A stretch of DNA of 64,000 nucleotides from an archaeon (GCA_024276825.1 JAJRWI010000033.1:32001-96000), one strand, 5' to 3'. Numbered from the stretch's first letter, positions 1-10,426 are shown. Numbers and translations: made by a program. Notes: generated by a model not told the origin, from the sequence alone.

Positions 1-1
1 A

Positions 2-853
2 ATGTTGTATGGCATATTTGTCGCATCCATCATAATCACACCCCTTCAGAATACCCCGGAACGACTTCCTGGGAGGACAGGGTCCATTTCCATATCTTTT
101 GCTCTCGCACTTGCCATGGACATCATGTTTCGAGCGATAGGTGGTACATGGGACATCACAATCGGCAGTTATTCCATTGCCATCGTGATCCCACTCACCA
201 TTATCACATTCATCATCATCTGGTTGATTGGCCCTGTCTGTGGGGCAGTTATTCAGAACAGTTCTAGCACGCCAAAGGCGAAGAAGAGCCGGCTTGTTCG
301 CATGTTTATGGGAGCGGGATTTGGTGGAGGACTGTTCATGATCTACACATTATTGGGATTTCCGAATGTCGTTGCTAGGTGGACCAACACAAGCTATGAG
401 TTTAATACAGTGTCTGTCGTAATTGCATTGCTGCTCTATGCAATACTGGTCCAGATACCAAAGGCCAATAATCTAGTGTTCAGGAGGGAGATCATCCTTG
501 TGTTGAATCTGCTATTAATCGTGGCAGTGATGGACATCATTTACATTCACAGTGTGATTGTGTCAGTGTTTACAGGAATTGCAGTGTTTGCCATGATGGC
601 TGACCTGAGTGTTTTGTGGGGTATTGTCGTCAGCAGGGGCGGTGATATTGTTGATAGCGGACTGTTCCATTTCTTCGGAATGTTCCTATTCATGTTTCTG
701 ATCCTGTTCTTCGCTCTGTCCTTTGTAGCGGGGATGATTCTGCCAGCACTGGAGGGAATGATACCGTATCTTTTGATGCTTGCAACTTTTCTGGTGTTCA
801 TTGTCAGTGTTGGAGTATCGGTTTCTGGATTCGTAAGGGAGGTGGAAGAGTAA
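2..853 (+). CDS. Polytopic membrane protein, 5'-truncated by the window edge; resembles the TM region of CWH43/PGAP2-interacting protein
   Basis: Many hydrophobic helices; stop overlaps the start of the downstream EEP gene (TAATG). Confidence 0.7.
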   Translation: MLYGIFVASIIITPLQNTPERLPGRTGSISISFALALAMDIMFRAIGGTWDITIGSYSIAIVIPLTIITFIIIWLIGPVCGAVIQNSSSTPKAKKSRLVRMFMGAGFGGGLFMIYTLLGFPNVVARWTNTSYEFNTVSVVIALLLYAILVQIPKANNLVFRREIILVLNLLLIVAVMDIIYIHSVIVSVFTGIAVFAMMADLSVLWGIVVSRGGDIVDSGLFHFFGMFLFMFLILFFALSFVAGMILPALEGMIPYLLMLATFLVFIVSVGVSVSGFVREVEE

Positions 854-1701
854 TGATGACAAGAAATCTCAAGTTTACAATAGTGATATCTGCAATACTG
901 TTCATCGGGACAATGGCAGGCCTGCTCATCACATTGACACCTGCGCCTGACACCGAACCAACAACAACACTCACTCTTATGACCTATAACATCTATCAGG
1001 GTTACACGCCAGATGGAGGAGTCAATCTCGAAGTGATTCGCGACACAATTAGAGATGCAAGCCCCGACATTGTAGGGCTTCAAGAGTCAGACATGAACAG
1101 AATAAGTTCAATGAATATAGACTCGATCCGATGGTTGGCCACTCAGTTGAACATGTATAGTTATTTTGGACCACCAACAAGTGAACAGATAATAGGTGTC
1201 GCACTACTCTCCAAATATCCAATCATCAGTAGTGCATATCATCTTCTGACCTCTGAGGAACTCCCAAGGGTCCTCATTGAGGCTACTATTCAAGTGGGCT
1301 CTGAGCAGGTGAGTGTCTTTGTGGTCCATTTGGGACTGTCATATGAAGACAGAACCACTCAAGCTGCAGAGGCCATGCAATATGTCGATGCTGCCATGGC
1401 GCCAAAGATTCTCATGGGCGACTTTAACACTTTGCCCACGGGTGAACCAGAACCAGGCTCGGATGATCCACGGGTGGACACAATTTATACTGACATATCT
1501 GCACATCTCAATGACACTTGGACTGCAGCAGGGCATCCGCAGAATTCTAATGATGGTTTCACTTGGCCAAGCTATGGCCCATACGAGAGGATAGACTATA
1601 TCTGGGTGAGCCCCGATTTCACTGTCAGCTCTTGTACTGTGATAAGCAGTGCAACAGGTAGTGATCATTTGCCTGTAGTGGCAACAGTTCAGATGCCATG
1701 A
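853..1701 (+). CDS. Membrane-anchored endonuclease/exonuclease/phosphatase (EEP) family protein, CWH43 C-terminal-like
   Basis: N-terminal TM helix; motifs MTYNI, DIVGLQE, LMGDFN, RIDYIW, SDHLPV. Confidence 0.9.
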   Translation: MMTRNLKFTIVISAILFIGTMAGLLITLTPAPDTEPTTTLTLMTYNIYQGYTPDGGVNLEVIRDTIRDASPDIVGLQESDMNRISSMNIDSIRWLATQLNMYSYFGPPTSEQIIGVALLSKYPIISSAYHLLTSEELPRVLIEATIQVGSEQVSVFVVHLGLSYEDRTTQAAEAMQYVDAAMAPKILMGDFNTLPTGEPEPGSDDPRVDTIYTDISAHLNDTWTAAGHPQNSNDGFTWPSYGPYERIDYIWVSPDFTVSSCTVISSATGSDHLPVVATVQMP

Positions 1702-1770
1702 TGGAAAATAGATAATAATGAGAGATCTACTGATAGGACCACATTGGTTAATCAGTATGATCTTCTTTTT

Positions 1771-2052
1771 CTATTCTATAATCTGACCATCGCGATCTAT
1801 TGTGAGTTCGTCCAATCGGAGCAGTAGCCGGTCTGGCACAAGTCGTAAAGCATTGATAAAATTGTGCCAGTTTTTCACAGTGCCCGCATCATCGCTAGTA
1901 ATTGCATCTAGAAGGTCTGAGATTCTCCCAGTTTCCGATCCAGTCAAAGGATGGACAAATTGGATTTCATAGTCCCCATCAGGATCATAGATTATGCAAT
2001 TCACAAAGAGTGAGGAGTCTTCAGAATACCGGATAACTACTCGTTTCATCAT
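1771..2052 (-). CDS. Hypothetical protein
   Basis: 93-aa ORF co-oriented downstream of rnz; no motif recognised. Confidence 0.55.
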   Translation of the reverse strand: MMKRVVIRYSEDSSLFVNCIIYDPDGDYEIQFVHPLTGSETGRISDLLDAITSDDAGTVKNWHNFINALRLVPDRLLLRLDELTIDRDGQIIE

Positions 2053-2075
2053 CGCTAGCCACTATTGAACATTAA

Positions 2076-3047
2076 TCAGGCAATATTATCACATGCAGAC
2101 ATATTACTTGTGTTACTTCTTTTGACCACACCTTCTTTGTCAATCTCAAGTCGCATGAGATCATGAGCCAAGATGGAGTTCTTGAATATGTGCTGAGCCT
2201 CTTTAAGTATCTCAAGACCATTGCCATAACGTGGACTGTAATGGGTCAGTGCCAGGTATTTCACACCTGCGTCCCTTGCAAGTTCAGCAGCTTGTGCTGC
2301 AGTCATGTGCCCACGTTCCTCTGCCAGTTCTGCATGGCTGGTGCAATACATTGCTTCGGAAATCAATAGGGTGGCATTTTGGGATACTTGCCTGAGAGTT
2401 TCACAGGGTCTAGTATCACCAGTGTACACTATCTTTATCGGAGGAGGAGGTGTGTCCGTGACCTCTTCAGGTCTGATTGTCCGCCCGTCATCTAGCTTTA
2501 CTGACTTCCCTAAGGCAAGGTCTTTCCACAGAGGGCCTTTGGGGACTCCAAGTTCACTTGCAAGCTGAGGGATAAAATGACCTCTAGGTCTTTGATAGAG
2601 AATCTCATAACCTAGGGCATACCCCCTGTGATTGACCTCGAAAGCGGAGACCTTTATATCGTCAATCTCGATGATTGGTCCCGCTTCAATGGCATAGACT
2701 GTGGTTTCGAAAGTGGTGCCAAGGTGAATTGTATCTTGATTGATTCTAACATATTCTATCAGTTCCTTCGGGCCAAAGATCTGGAGGGGTCTGATTCTGC
2801 CTAATAGAGAGAACCGCAATAAAAGACCAGGTAGTCCAAGAATATGGTCAGCATGCATGTGTGATATGAATATGACCATGTGTTTGTTGTTCCCCAATCG
2901 GGCACGTTCAAATTGACGTTGCACATCTTCCCCGGCATCAAACAGTAGATTCCATCCTTGATACCTGATTGCAACAGCGGGGTGATTACGGTTCTCAGTG
3001 GGAATACTCCCGCCACTTCCAAGGAACACAACCTCAAGACGTGCCAT
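2076..3047 (-). CDS. rnz: Ribonuclease Z
   Basis: FLGSGGSIP, SHMHADHILG, exosite GVPKGP, YTGDT, THYSPRY; start moved to MARLEV. Confidence 0.95.
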   Translation of the reverse strand: MARLEVVFLGSGGSIPTENRNHPAVAIRYQGWNLLFDAGEDVQRQFERARLGNNKHMVIFISHMHADHILGLPGLLLRFSLLGRIRPLQIFGPKELIEYVRINQDTIHLGTTFETTVYAIEAGPIIEIDDIKVSAFEVNHRGYALGYEILYQRPRGHFIPQLASELGVPKGPLWKDLALGKSVKLDDGRTIRPEEVTDTPPPPIKIVYTGDTRPCETLRQVSQNATLLISEAMYCTSHAELAEERGHMTAAQAAELARDAGVKYLALTHYSPRYGNGLEILKEAQHIFKNSILAHDLMRLEIDKEGVVKRSNTSNMSACDNIA

Positions 3048-3102
3048 TATGATGCCTCTTGTTTCACACTGCGTTTGCATCTCATAACGATTATGATTGA
3101 AC

Positions 3103-4557
3103 TCAGGCCAAGTCGATAGACAGACAATTGTTATGGATTACTTCTTTTCGTACCGTCGAGTATGTCCGAACATCAAAAAAGGAGGAGTCGCACTTCCAGT
3201 TCATTGATTGTAAATCAAATATCTTTATGACATCAAGAGGGCGCTTCTCGCCAGCTGTGATCACATGGGTTTCAAGATTGTCCACCATACTACGTTCTTC
3301 CTCCAAGATTGAAACTATCTGCTTTGCTTGACCCATGGGAGTGCTGGACAGTATTATCACCTTTTTAATGGATGGCCGGTCGATGTTCTCTAACAGGGAG
3401 AAGAATGAGAAGGGCAATTTGCTCATTGCAATATGTAGCATTGCAGCTGTGGAGGAGTCAGCCACTGAAACCACGCCCTCTGTAAGAGCAGGAATCTTGA
3501 CTATTATGCGAGGCAAGACAGCCCGTTCGTTGATTATCTCACTCCGCTTACGGAATACAATGCTCCTTGATAGCTTTGTTGCTATTGAGACGTCTTGAAC
3601 CTTTGAGTCATAGTCTTTTAGCAGATGCTTCATTACCAATAGCTTGGATTTTCCGAGTCTGCTTATTGGTGCATTGAGGGTGGTTCTTTTGGTTTCACCA
3701 ACCACTAATTCATCTACATGCTTTCTCAGCAAAAGTCGGAAGTGAAGAAGGTCTATTCGCCATTGGTTTGACTTTCGATCATAATAGGAGTCATTGAAAC
3801 TTGTCGTGCCTGGTGATAACCACCATGCGCTGACATTGTCGCTGCTATTTCGTAAATCAACAACCAGCTTTCTAAAACCTTTGGAGAATGCAGCAGGGAT
3901 CAACAAAGTCTGATAGACCATGGCGCGCTCTGCGTCAGCAAATATTGTAGAAGTGACATACGGTCCTGAGAGAATGAATAAGGGATTTGAGAGGATTAGC
4001 AAGATGCGCTCAAAGGCCAACTGATTGGCATTGATGATACCGACTCGACGTAGTATTCCAGATGATGCAAGCCGTATCCAGGCCCGTCTAGCCTTGGAAT
4101 ATTTAATTCCCGTCAATGCTTCAAGTTCAGACAGTCTTACTTCTGGATTGCCAAAGACGGCCTTCAAGATGACAATCTCGGATTCCTTGAGTTTTGAGAT
4201 GTTGGCATGATATAATTCATCAATGAGGGATAAGATGTCTCGAGATGTTATAACCTCCACATCACCTAGAGCATGTACAGACTCAAGGCGTTTTTTGAGG
4301 TCAGAACATAGACTTCCCCGATAACTGGAAACAATTGCATGGATACGTTTTAGGTCAGAAGTCATCTGAAACTGATCGTGATGCTCGTAGCTCTCTAGAT
4401 GGCATAACACCTTGAGAACAGTTCGTGCATCAGGGCTCAGTCTTTGTTTATAGGTGCCCTGTCCTTGCGTCATCAATACATCATTAGATTCGGACTGATC
4501 CAGCACAAAGACAACCCCTATCAACAATTCTGTTTGTACTACGAGCAAGGGCACCAA
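3103..4557 (-). CDS. Hypothetical protein with two winged-HTH (Lrp/AsnC-like) modules
   Basis: Two HTH-like segments (RLSELEALTGIKYSKARR; KVQDVSIATKLSRSIVFR); start uncertain. Confidence 0.6.
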   Translation of the reverse strand: MVPLLVVQTELLIGVVFVLDQSESNDVLMTQGQGTYKQRLSPDARTVLKVLCHLESYEHHDQFQMTSDLKRIHAIVSSYRGSLCSDLKKRLESVHALGDVEVITSRDILSLIDELYHANISKLKESEIVILKAVFGNPEVRLSELEALTGIKYSKARRAWIRLASSGILRRVGIINANQLAFERILLILSNPLFILSGPYVTSTIFADAERAMVYQTLLIPAAFSKGFRKLVVDLRNSSDNVSAWWLSPGTTSFNDSYYDRKSNQWRIDLLHFRLLLRKHVDELVVGETKRTTLNAPISRLGKSKLLVMKHLLKDYDSKVQDVSIATKLSRSIVFRKRSEIINERAVLPRIIVKIPALTEGVVSVADSSTAAMLHIAMSKLPFSFFSLLENIDRPSIKKVIILSSTPMGQAKQIVSILEEERSMVDNLETHVITAGEKRPLDVIKIFDLQSMNWKCDSSFFDVRTYSTVRKEVIHNNCLSIDLA

Positions 4558-4612
4558 TTAACCGTGCCTAGACCTCTAACCTTGAACATAATTGAAACGA
4601 TTTAAGCACATA

Positions 4613-5401
4613 TTATCGGATTGGGGTCGATTCCTTGAATAGCGACCAGAAGTATGATGATGCCATCTCAGCAAAGACCGAATGTGATGAGAATATCCCC
4701 AAGAAGTCTGAGCCCTCGGTTGTGCCTGCAAGCATGATTAGCGTATGCTTGCGATCTACAACAAGACCCGCACCAAACACGCGGTCTCGGGTTCTGACTT
4801 CAAATCCCCTAGGAATGATATTCTTGATTGGTTCCGGAATCTCAGATGTCAGAATATGTACCTTCGGCACTTTGAGTTCAAGAATTCTCTCAAGAAGCTC
4901 CGCAAGGCTGCCGACATCAAACTCCTTCGATAGGTGACTCATATCAAGACTGGGAATTGAGAGGATCACTTCATCCCTTGCCTCGTCCAACATTTCCAGG
5001 GCTTTTGCAAGAATGCCTGCTCTACCATGGATTAGCCAGACGTCGCGTGGCGATGCCTGAGCCTCGCGTTCAAATCGGGGTTGCAACTCGTCAATGACAA
5101 CCCTGCTATATTGCTGAATCTGCTCCTCCATATTTAGTCTGATTATCTTGACCACTTCTGAAGGTGCCTTAGCGGCATATTTTGTGGGTCGTCCCCGTTG
5201 GACTTGAATGAACCCTTTCTCTTCCAATCGTCCAAGCACATCATATATTCTTGAGTATGGCACCTTGGAGCTGGCACTGATCTCGGATGCGGATTGAATG
5301 CCCCCATCAACAAGAGCAACATAAGCCTGGACCTCATACTCTGTCAGCCCAAAACCCTTGAGGGCTTTGAGAGTCGCTTCACTAATTATCAAGTCATTCA
5401 C
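4613..5401 (-). CDS. TrmB-family transcriptional regulator
   Basis: GLTEYEVQAYVAL...SKVPYSRIYDVLGRLEEKG. Confidence 0.93.
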   Translation of the reverse strand: MNDLIISEATLKALKGFGLTEYEVQAYVALVDGGIQSASEISASSKVPYSRIYDVLGRLEEKGFIQVQRGRPTKYAAKAPSEVVKIIRLNMEEQIQQYSRVVIDELQPRFEREAQASPRDVWLIHGRAGILAKALEMLDEARDEVILSIPSLDMSHLSKEFDVGSLAELLERILELKVPKVHILTSEIPEPIKNIIPRGFEVRTRDRVFGAGLVVDRKHTLIMLAGTTEGSDFLGIFSSHSVFAEMASSYFWSLFKESTPIR

Positions 5402-5972
5402 CTTGCTTCTTGTATTGATTCACATACCACTCAAGAAATGCATGAAAGGCCTTTGTTCTGTGTGAAATGGACACCTTCTCAAGCATGCTCAGTTGGGCGT
5501 AGGTTTTGTTCATGCCATCAGGAATGAATATGGGATCGTAGCCAAACCCGCTATCTCCTGAGGGGGTCAGACTGATAGTACCGTGAGTCACCCCAGTGAA
5601 CACTTTAATCTGCTTGCCATCCGAAAATCCCACAGCTGTCACAAACCTTGCAGACCTGTCATCAATTCCATCCATCAGGCGTAATATCCCCTCTATTCCA
5701 ATCGTCCTCAGTACAAATGCTGCATATGCCTTTGGGAAACCATTAAGACTGTCAATGTATAGTCCTGTGTCATCAACGACCACAAGACCTTTCAGTTCAT
5801 TAAACGCATGTTTCGCTGCTACTTCAGCAACCTCAGCAACTTCATCAGAACGAATCTCAACTTTGCTATAGGGATTAGTTGTGAACTTCAGCCCATACTC
5901 TTCAAACACGGGTTTCAGTTCTGCTATCTTGTGTTGATTATTAGTAATCAGTATCAGCTCATTGCCTGACAT
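5394..5972 (-). CDS. rdgB: Non-canonical purine NTP pyrophosphatase (RdgB/HAM1, ITPase)
   Basis: TNNQHK, DDTGL, GFGYDPIF, SHR. Confidence 0.95.
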   Translation of the reverse strand: MSGNELILITNNQHKIAELKPVFEEYGLKFTTNPYSKVEIRSDEVAEVAEVAAKHAFNELKGLVVVDDTGLYIDSLNGFPKAYAAFVLRTIGIEGILRLMDGIDDRSARFVTAVGFSDGKQIKVFTGVTHGTISLTPSGDSGFGYDPIFIPDGMNKTYAQLSMLEKVSISHRTKAFHAFLEWYVNQYKKQGE

Positions 5973-7083
5973 ACTCTAAGACCTCCTTCATGACTTTGTA
6001 TGACTGTCTGGTCTTTTCAAGATCAAACATGCCTGTGGCATTCCATAGTATTATGTGTTTTAACCCGTTTCGGGTATATTCCTCAAGCTCTTTGATTATT
6101 GTTTCAGAGTCGCCAATCATATAGAATGCATGTAGAATATCCTCAGGAACAGAGTCAATTGCTGATAGGACTGTCTTACGGTCATAGTTCATGGGAATAT
6201 AGTCCCTGAGAGAGTAGAAGTCTTCACCAAAGGGATGCTCATGCCCAATCTTTTTCCATTCGGATGAGGGATATAGTAATGCAAAGGCGCGAGCCAGAGG
6301 TGTGTTAATCATGCGTTCACACTCAGACTCATCGTTATCAAGCACACACCAGTTCCAGAGCGCTGCAGTGAACTTGTTGGCCTTCCCCATCTTCTCCCTG
6401 TATTTTCTAATTGTCTTCAATCCTTCAGCATAGTCATGAGGACTCAATAGAGTTGGAATCCAACCATCTCCAAAATCTGCCGCGATTTTCAGCATCTTGG
6501 GGCCATGAGCTGCTATCCAAATGGGAGGGGGGCGGTCTTGAATTCTGGGACGCAGCGACATCACGGCGCGTTTCAGCACCCAGAATCTACCATCATAATC
6601 GAATGGTTCATGGGTTTCCCATATCTTCCGTATTATTTCAAGCGCCTCGCGGAGCTTCCCGACCTGACATGAATAGTCGAGTCCATAGGGCTTGATGTTC
6701 TCAATCTCTCCAGCACCAATTCCCAGAATCGCTCTTCCGTTAGAGATGTGATCGAGTGTGAGGAAGGTCTGAGCTATCAATACAGGATGTCTTCGAATTG
6801 GCTCGGTGACAGCAGATAGTAGCTTTGTGTTCTCAGTCACCATAGCACATGCAGCCATAATGGTAGACATCTCATAATAGGTATGTGGTGACTGTTGAAT
6901 GAGAGCTAATGGTGTTATATCAGGTGTCCAGAAGGATTCTGGTATAAAACCTGCAAAGTGATCGGGAAATGCCATTGATGCATAGCCAAGACTGTCTATT
7001 GTCTTTGCGTTCCTGATCAAACTCTCAAATGGAGGGAGAAAGGGCCCTGGGGCACCAATCTCCAGATCATGCAGACTTGTCAT
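5959..7083 (-). CDS. LLM-class flavin/F420-dependent oxidoreductase
   Basis: PDHF, RHPVLIAQ, TLDHISNGRAILGIGAG, PPIWIAAHGPKML. Confidence 0.9.
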   Translation of the reverse strand: MTSLHDLEIGAPGPFLPPFESLIRNAKTIDSLGYASMAFPDHFAGFIPESFWTPDITPLALIQQSPHTYYEMSTIMAACAMVTENTKLLSAVTEPIRRHPVLIAQTFLTLDHISNGRAILGIGAGEIENIKPYGLDYSCQVGKLREALEIIRKIWETHEPFDYDGRFWVLKRAVMSLRPRIQDRPPPIWIAAHGPKMLKIAADFGDGWIPTLLSPHDYAEGLKTIRKYREKMGKANKFTAALWNWCVLDNDESECERMINTPLARAFALLYPSSEWKKIGHEHPFGEDFYSLRDYIPMNYDRKTVLSAIDSVPEDILHAFYMIGDSETIIKELEEYTRNGLKHIILWNATGMFDLEKTRQSYKVMKEVLEYVRQ

Positions 7084-7086
7084 ATA

Positions 7087-8331
7087 TCAACACGACTCAG
7101 CAAATCGGATGATTACATCACGGACATTGTCAAAGTCCTTTACATCCAGCCACTCATCAATCCCATGGAAATTGGAGTCATCAGCAATAGTGCCATAACA
7201 AGCAGTTGGAATACCGACTGCTGTGAAAAAGTGCCCATCGTTTCCACCGAGATCTGCAGCAATCTGCAAGCTGGGATCGACAACCTCCTTTACAACGCCG
7301 TAGAAAGCCTTGATGAACTTGTTATCCCTGTCTGAGCCCCAGCCATGAACTTTGGTCTTTATCTCGAGGGTGGCATCAACGCCTGTGTCCTCCTTTACTT
7401 GATTTAGATAATTCTCTATGTCATTCACAACCTCATCGGGATTCTCCTCTGGGATTAAGCGGCAGTCAAAAGACACTTCAGCCTTTCCAGGGATTATATT
7501 GGTCTTACTGCCTGCTTTGAGGATTGTCATTGAAAAACGGCCCCAGAGGTTCTGAAATGGACATCCAGGAGGAGCAGGATATTCAGACATCACCTTCTTT
7601 CTGATGTCAATGTATCCCAACATGCCATCTAGAAGAGGAATGGCAAGATGAATGGCATTGGCAAACCTAAAGGGATATCCTGCATGGCCCTGCTGACCAT
7701 GAACGGTGATTGTTCCTCCTATAACTCCGCTCGCACCAACACTCACATAACCGGGACCACTGTCTGCGACAATTGCAAAATCACCCCTGATCTTCGGAGG
7801 ACCATTGATCAGATAGTCGATGCCCCATTCACCGCCTATCTCTTCATTGGGTGAGATCAGCAGCTTCATGTTGACTTTTGATTTTCCCTTCTCCGCAAGT
7901 GCTTTTGCTGCACTGACTGAAGCAACAAGATTGCCTTTGCAGTCTGTCACTCCACGACCATAGAGCTTGTCGCCTTCAATTGTCAGATCGAAGGGAGGTC
8001 GGGTCCAGGCATCAAAATCGCCAGCTGGTACAACATCATAATGTGTGCAGACTAGGACTGTTTCTGGTGCCCCAACATCAAGCGTTGCAACAATGTTCGG
8101 TTGAGGTTTGCCATCGTGCTTGGAGTCAAAGACCTCTACCTTTAGACCACCTTCTTTACAATACTTCTTAATCACTTCACTACATTCCATGTAGTTCTTC
8201 TTCTCTTCACTATTGGTGTCAAGCTGAATTATCTCGCGCAAGAACTGCTGTTCCCAATTGTCCATCAAATCTCGCCTCACTATTCCCTCTTGGTCGATGA
8301 CCATAATTAGTCTTTTCCAACGACAAAACAA
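7087..8331 (-). CDS. M20/ArgE-DapE family metallo-amidohydrolase
   Basis: HYDVVP, YGRGVTDCKG, NEEIGG, HGIDE. Confidence 0.92.
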   Translation of the reverse strand: MFCRWKRLIMVIDQEGIVRRDLMDNWEQQFLREIIQLDTNSEEKKNYMECSEVIKKYCKEGGLKVEVFDSKHDGKPQPNIVATLDVGAPETVLVCTHYDVVPAGDFDAWTRPPFDLTIEGDKLYGRGVTDCKGNLVASVSAAKALAEKGKSKVNMKLLISPNEEIGGEWGIDYLINGPPKIRGDFAIVADSGPGYVSVGASGVIGGTITVHGQQGHAGYPFRFANAIHLAIPLLDGMLGYIDIRKKVMSEYPAPPGCPFQNLWGRFSMTILKAGSKTNIIPGKAEVSFDCRLIPEENPDEVVNDIENYLNQVKEDTGVDATLEIKTKVHGWGSDRDNKFIKAFYGVVKEVVDPSLQIAADLGGNDGHFFTAVGIPTACYGTIADDSNFHGIDEWLDVKDFDNVRDVIIRFAESC

Positions 8332-8395
8332 GCAACTGAAGATTCCAATTCAATACAAGGATAACTTAAGTCAATAGAGGTTGTCATAATTACCC

Positions 8396-8989
8396 ATGGA
8401 ACCAGTAGTTTTTCACATTCAAAAGGGACGGCTGGTTAAAGTACCAGAGCCGGGTGCATTTGGAAAAGGCGATTGTTATCTGATTGATACAGGAGTCAAG
8501 ATCTATCTATGGATTGGGCCAGAGTCTTCTGTGGATGAGAAGTTTCTCACTGCAGCCTCCGCGGTATTTCTAGACACGAAGAGAAAAGGCCATGCAGATA
8601 TCGACAGGATTGATGGAGGAAACGAACCTGAAGAGTTCAAGGCATTGTTTCCCAATTTCCAACTGACTGATGAGGACACCGAAGGGATTCTTAAGAGTGT
8701 GCAGTTAGAAAAGAGAGAGTACAAGCTCTGGCGAGTACATCATGAAGGTGGCGACTCGTTCTTTGTCGAGGTTCCTCTCAAGCGTGATTCATTATTCAGT
8801 GCGGACGTCTTTATCCTTGACACATGGGATGACATCTTCGTCTGGCGCGGTAAAGAGGCATCAGCAAGAGAGAAGTTCGATGCTACAATAATTGCACGAC
8901 GCTATGATGCAGAGAGAGTGGGAGTTCAGGAGATAGAGTTGATTGAGGAAGGCAGTGAACCTGAAGAGTTCTGGAAGTCATTTGAATGA
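8396..8989 (+). CDS. Two-domain gelsolin (Asgard 2DGel), actin regulator
   Basis: Two gelsolin repeats: GDCYLIDT..IYLWIG and ADVFILDT..IFVWRG; C-terminal EEGSEPEEFW. Confidence 0.9.
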   Translation: MEPVVFHIQKGRLVKVPEPGAFGKGDCYLIDTGVKIYLWIGPESSVDEKFLTAASAVFLDTKRKGHADIDRIDGGNEPEEFKALFPNFQLTDEDTEGILKSVQLEKREYKLWRVHHEGGDSFFVEVPLKRDSLFSADVFILDTWDDIFVWRGKEASAREKFDATIIARRYDAERVGVQEIELIEEGSEPEEFWKSFE

Positions 8990-10426
8990 TCATACCAGCC
9001 TAAAGTGACCAGGTCGCGGTTCGTAGACAACGCCTGCATTCTTCATCAGTTCCAGATTTCGTGATGTAGTGGGGATATCAACCCCAGCCTCTTCGGCAAT
9101 CTCCCTCACAGTTGGTCCAAGGTCGCCAAGTGTGCCACTGTCCAGCTTCTTCAGCGCACGCCAGACTTTCGTGTTGAACTTGTGAGTCTTCGCGTCTTCC
9201 CCGTAATTGTGTCTTGCTTGTTCCTTGAATTGGGTGAGCTCTAGATACTCCTTCAATGCAGGCTCCAACACTCTGTCCCAAGCGGTCTTGATGTCTTTGG
9301 CTGTGATTTTAGACTTCCAAGAGGCTCGGGCTGTGGATCGTGCAATCCGCACTGTGCTGAGAGGTCGACCGAGCATATCACTATCAAGAATCATGCCCCT
9401 ACTGAGAACACTGTCATCAAGATCGAAACTGTCCTTTAGATCCTGCATTTTTACTATGATGTATTTGGTGCCAGCAGTGATTGTCCTCTCGCCCACCATG
9501 GGGATCAACATTTGGGCGGTAATTACAGTCTTCAGAATTGGAAGTCTAAGGTCTAGGGAATTTCTGGTTTCGATCCAGAAGTCTTCGCTTGTAAGAGCCA
9601 AGGGCACATCGGGAAGGGCCCCTGTGGCTTGAGTGGTCATTGCACTGAGAGACACTTCTTTGAATCCTGAGGGGTCTTTGCGTTCTATACAGAGAGTCTG
9701 TAGCGTGTCCCGTGCAAGTTCTCCAACGTCAAGCCTCCATGTTCTTCTTGTTAGTATGGAGTGGCCTCCAACATTACGGTATTTTGGGACCTTGCCTCTC
9801 AACACTGGAGGCAGAATCCTCCGAATAAATGTGAGAAATCTACGTACTTGGGCCTTCGCAGCTATTGCCTGTATCCCGGTTGTCAGTCCTCCAACACCAG
9901 ACTCAAACGGGGGGCTTGATATGAAGAGTCGGGCAAACACCCTCTTGCTGGTTTCCGCCATGCCCACATGTTCGAAGAGCATCCGAGATAGCTCAGCAAG
10001 ACTCAATGGGGGGTCTACTTCTTGTAGGACATCAAACCTGACTGAACTCCAGTCCTCCAGAGCAAAGGCCTGCACATTAGTGCTTGAACGCTCAAGAACC
10101 CGCGGATTCGCTATCCTTCGACCTATCAGCTCAATTCTAGCACCATCAGGGGGGACTTCTTTCTCATCGGGTACAAATATAACAACGCCATTGTGCGTCC
10201 AGGGACTTGGAGTGAGAATGAAAAAATCGCGGTTTCGTGTATAATGGACAAATCCGACAAACCTGTATATTCTTGATGAAATCCGCTCCATAAACTCGCA
10301 ATGGAGTTTCAGCTCCCATTGTGTGAGCTGTGCACCATACTCTCGATCGAACAGATCACTTGGCGCTACAACATCACCTAGCCTATCAAAGGATGTGCTA
10401 CCATCGTAAATGTCTTCATTCGCCAT
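8990..10426 (-). CDS. MCM-like protein with degenerate AAA+ module and C-terminal wHTH
   Basis: RPLSTVRIARSTARASWKSKITAKDI resembles the MCM sensor-2/lid region; C-terminus GVVYEPRPGHFRLV is typical of the archaeal MCM wHTH; no Walker A found. Confidence 0.55.
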   Translation of the reverse strand: MANEDIYDGSTSFDRLGDVVAPSDLFDREYGAQLTQWELKLHCEFMERISSRIYRFVGFVHYTRNRDFFILTPSPWTHNGVVIFVPDEKEVPPDGARIELIGRRIANPRVLERSSTNVQAFALEDWSSVRFDVLQEVDPPLSLAELSRMLFEHVGMAETSKRVFARLFISSPPFESGVGGLTTGIQAIAAKAQVRRFLTFIRRILPPVLRGKVPKYRNVGGHSILTRRTWRLDVGELARDTLQTLCIERKDPSGFKEVSLSAMTTQATGALPDVPLALTSEDFWIETRNSLDLRLPILKTVITAQMLIPMVGERTITAGTKYIIVKMQDLKDSFDLDDSVLSRGMILDSDMLGRPLSTVRIARSTARASWKSKITAKDIKTAWDRVLEPALKEYLELTQFKEQARHNYGEDAKTHKFNTKVWRALKKLDSGTLGDLGPTVREIAEEAGVDIPTTSRNLELMKNAGVVYEPRPGHFRLV

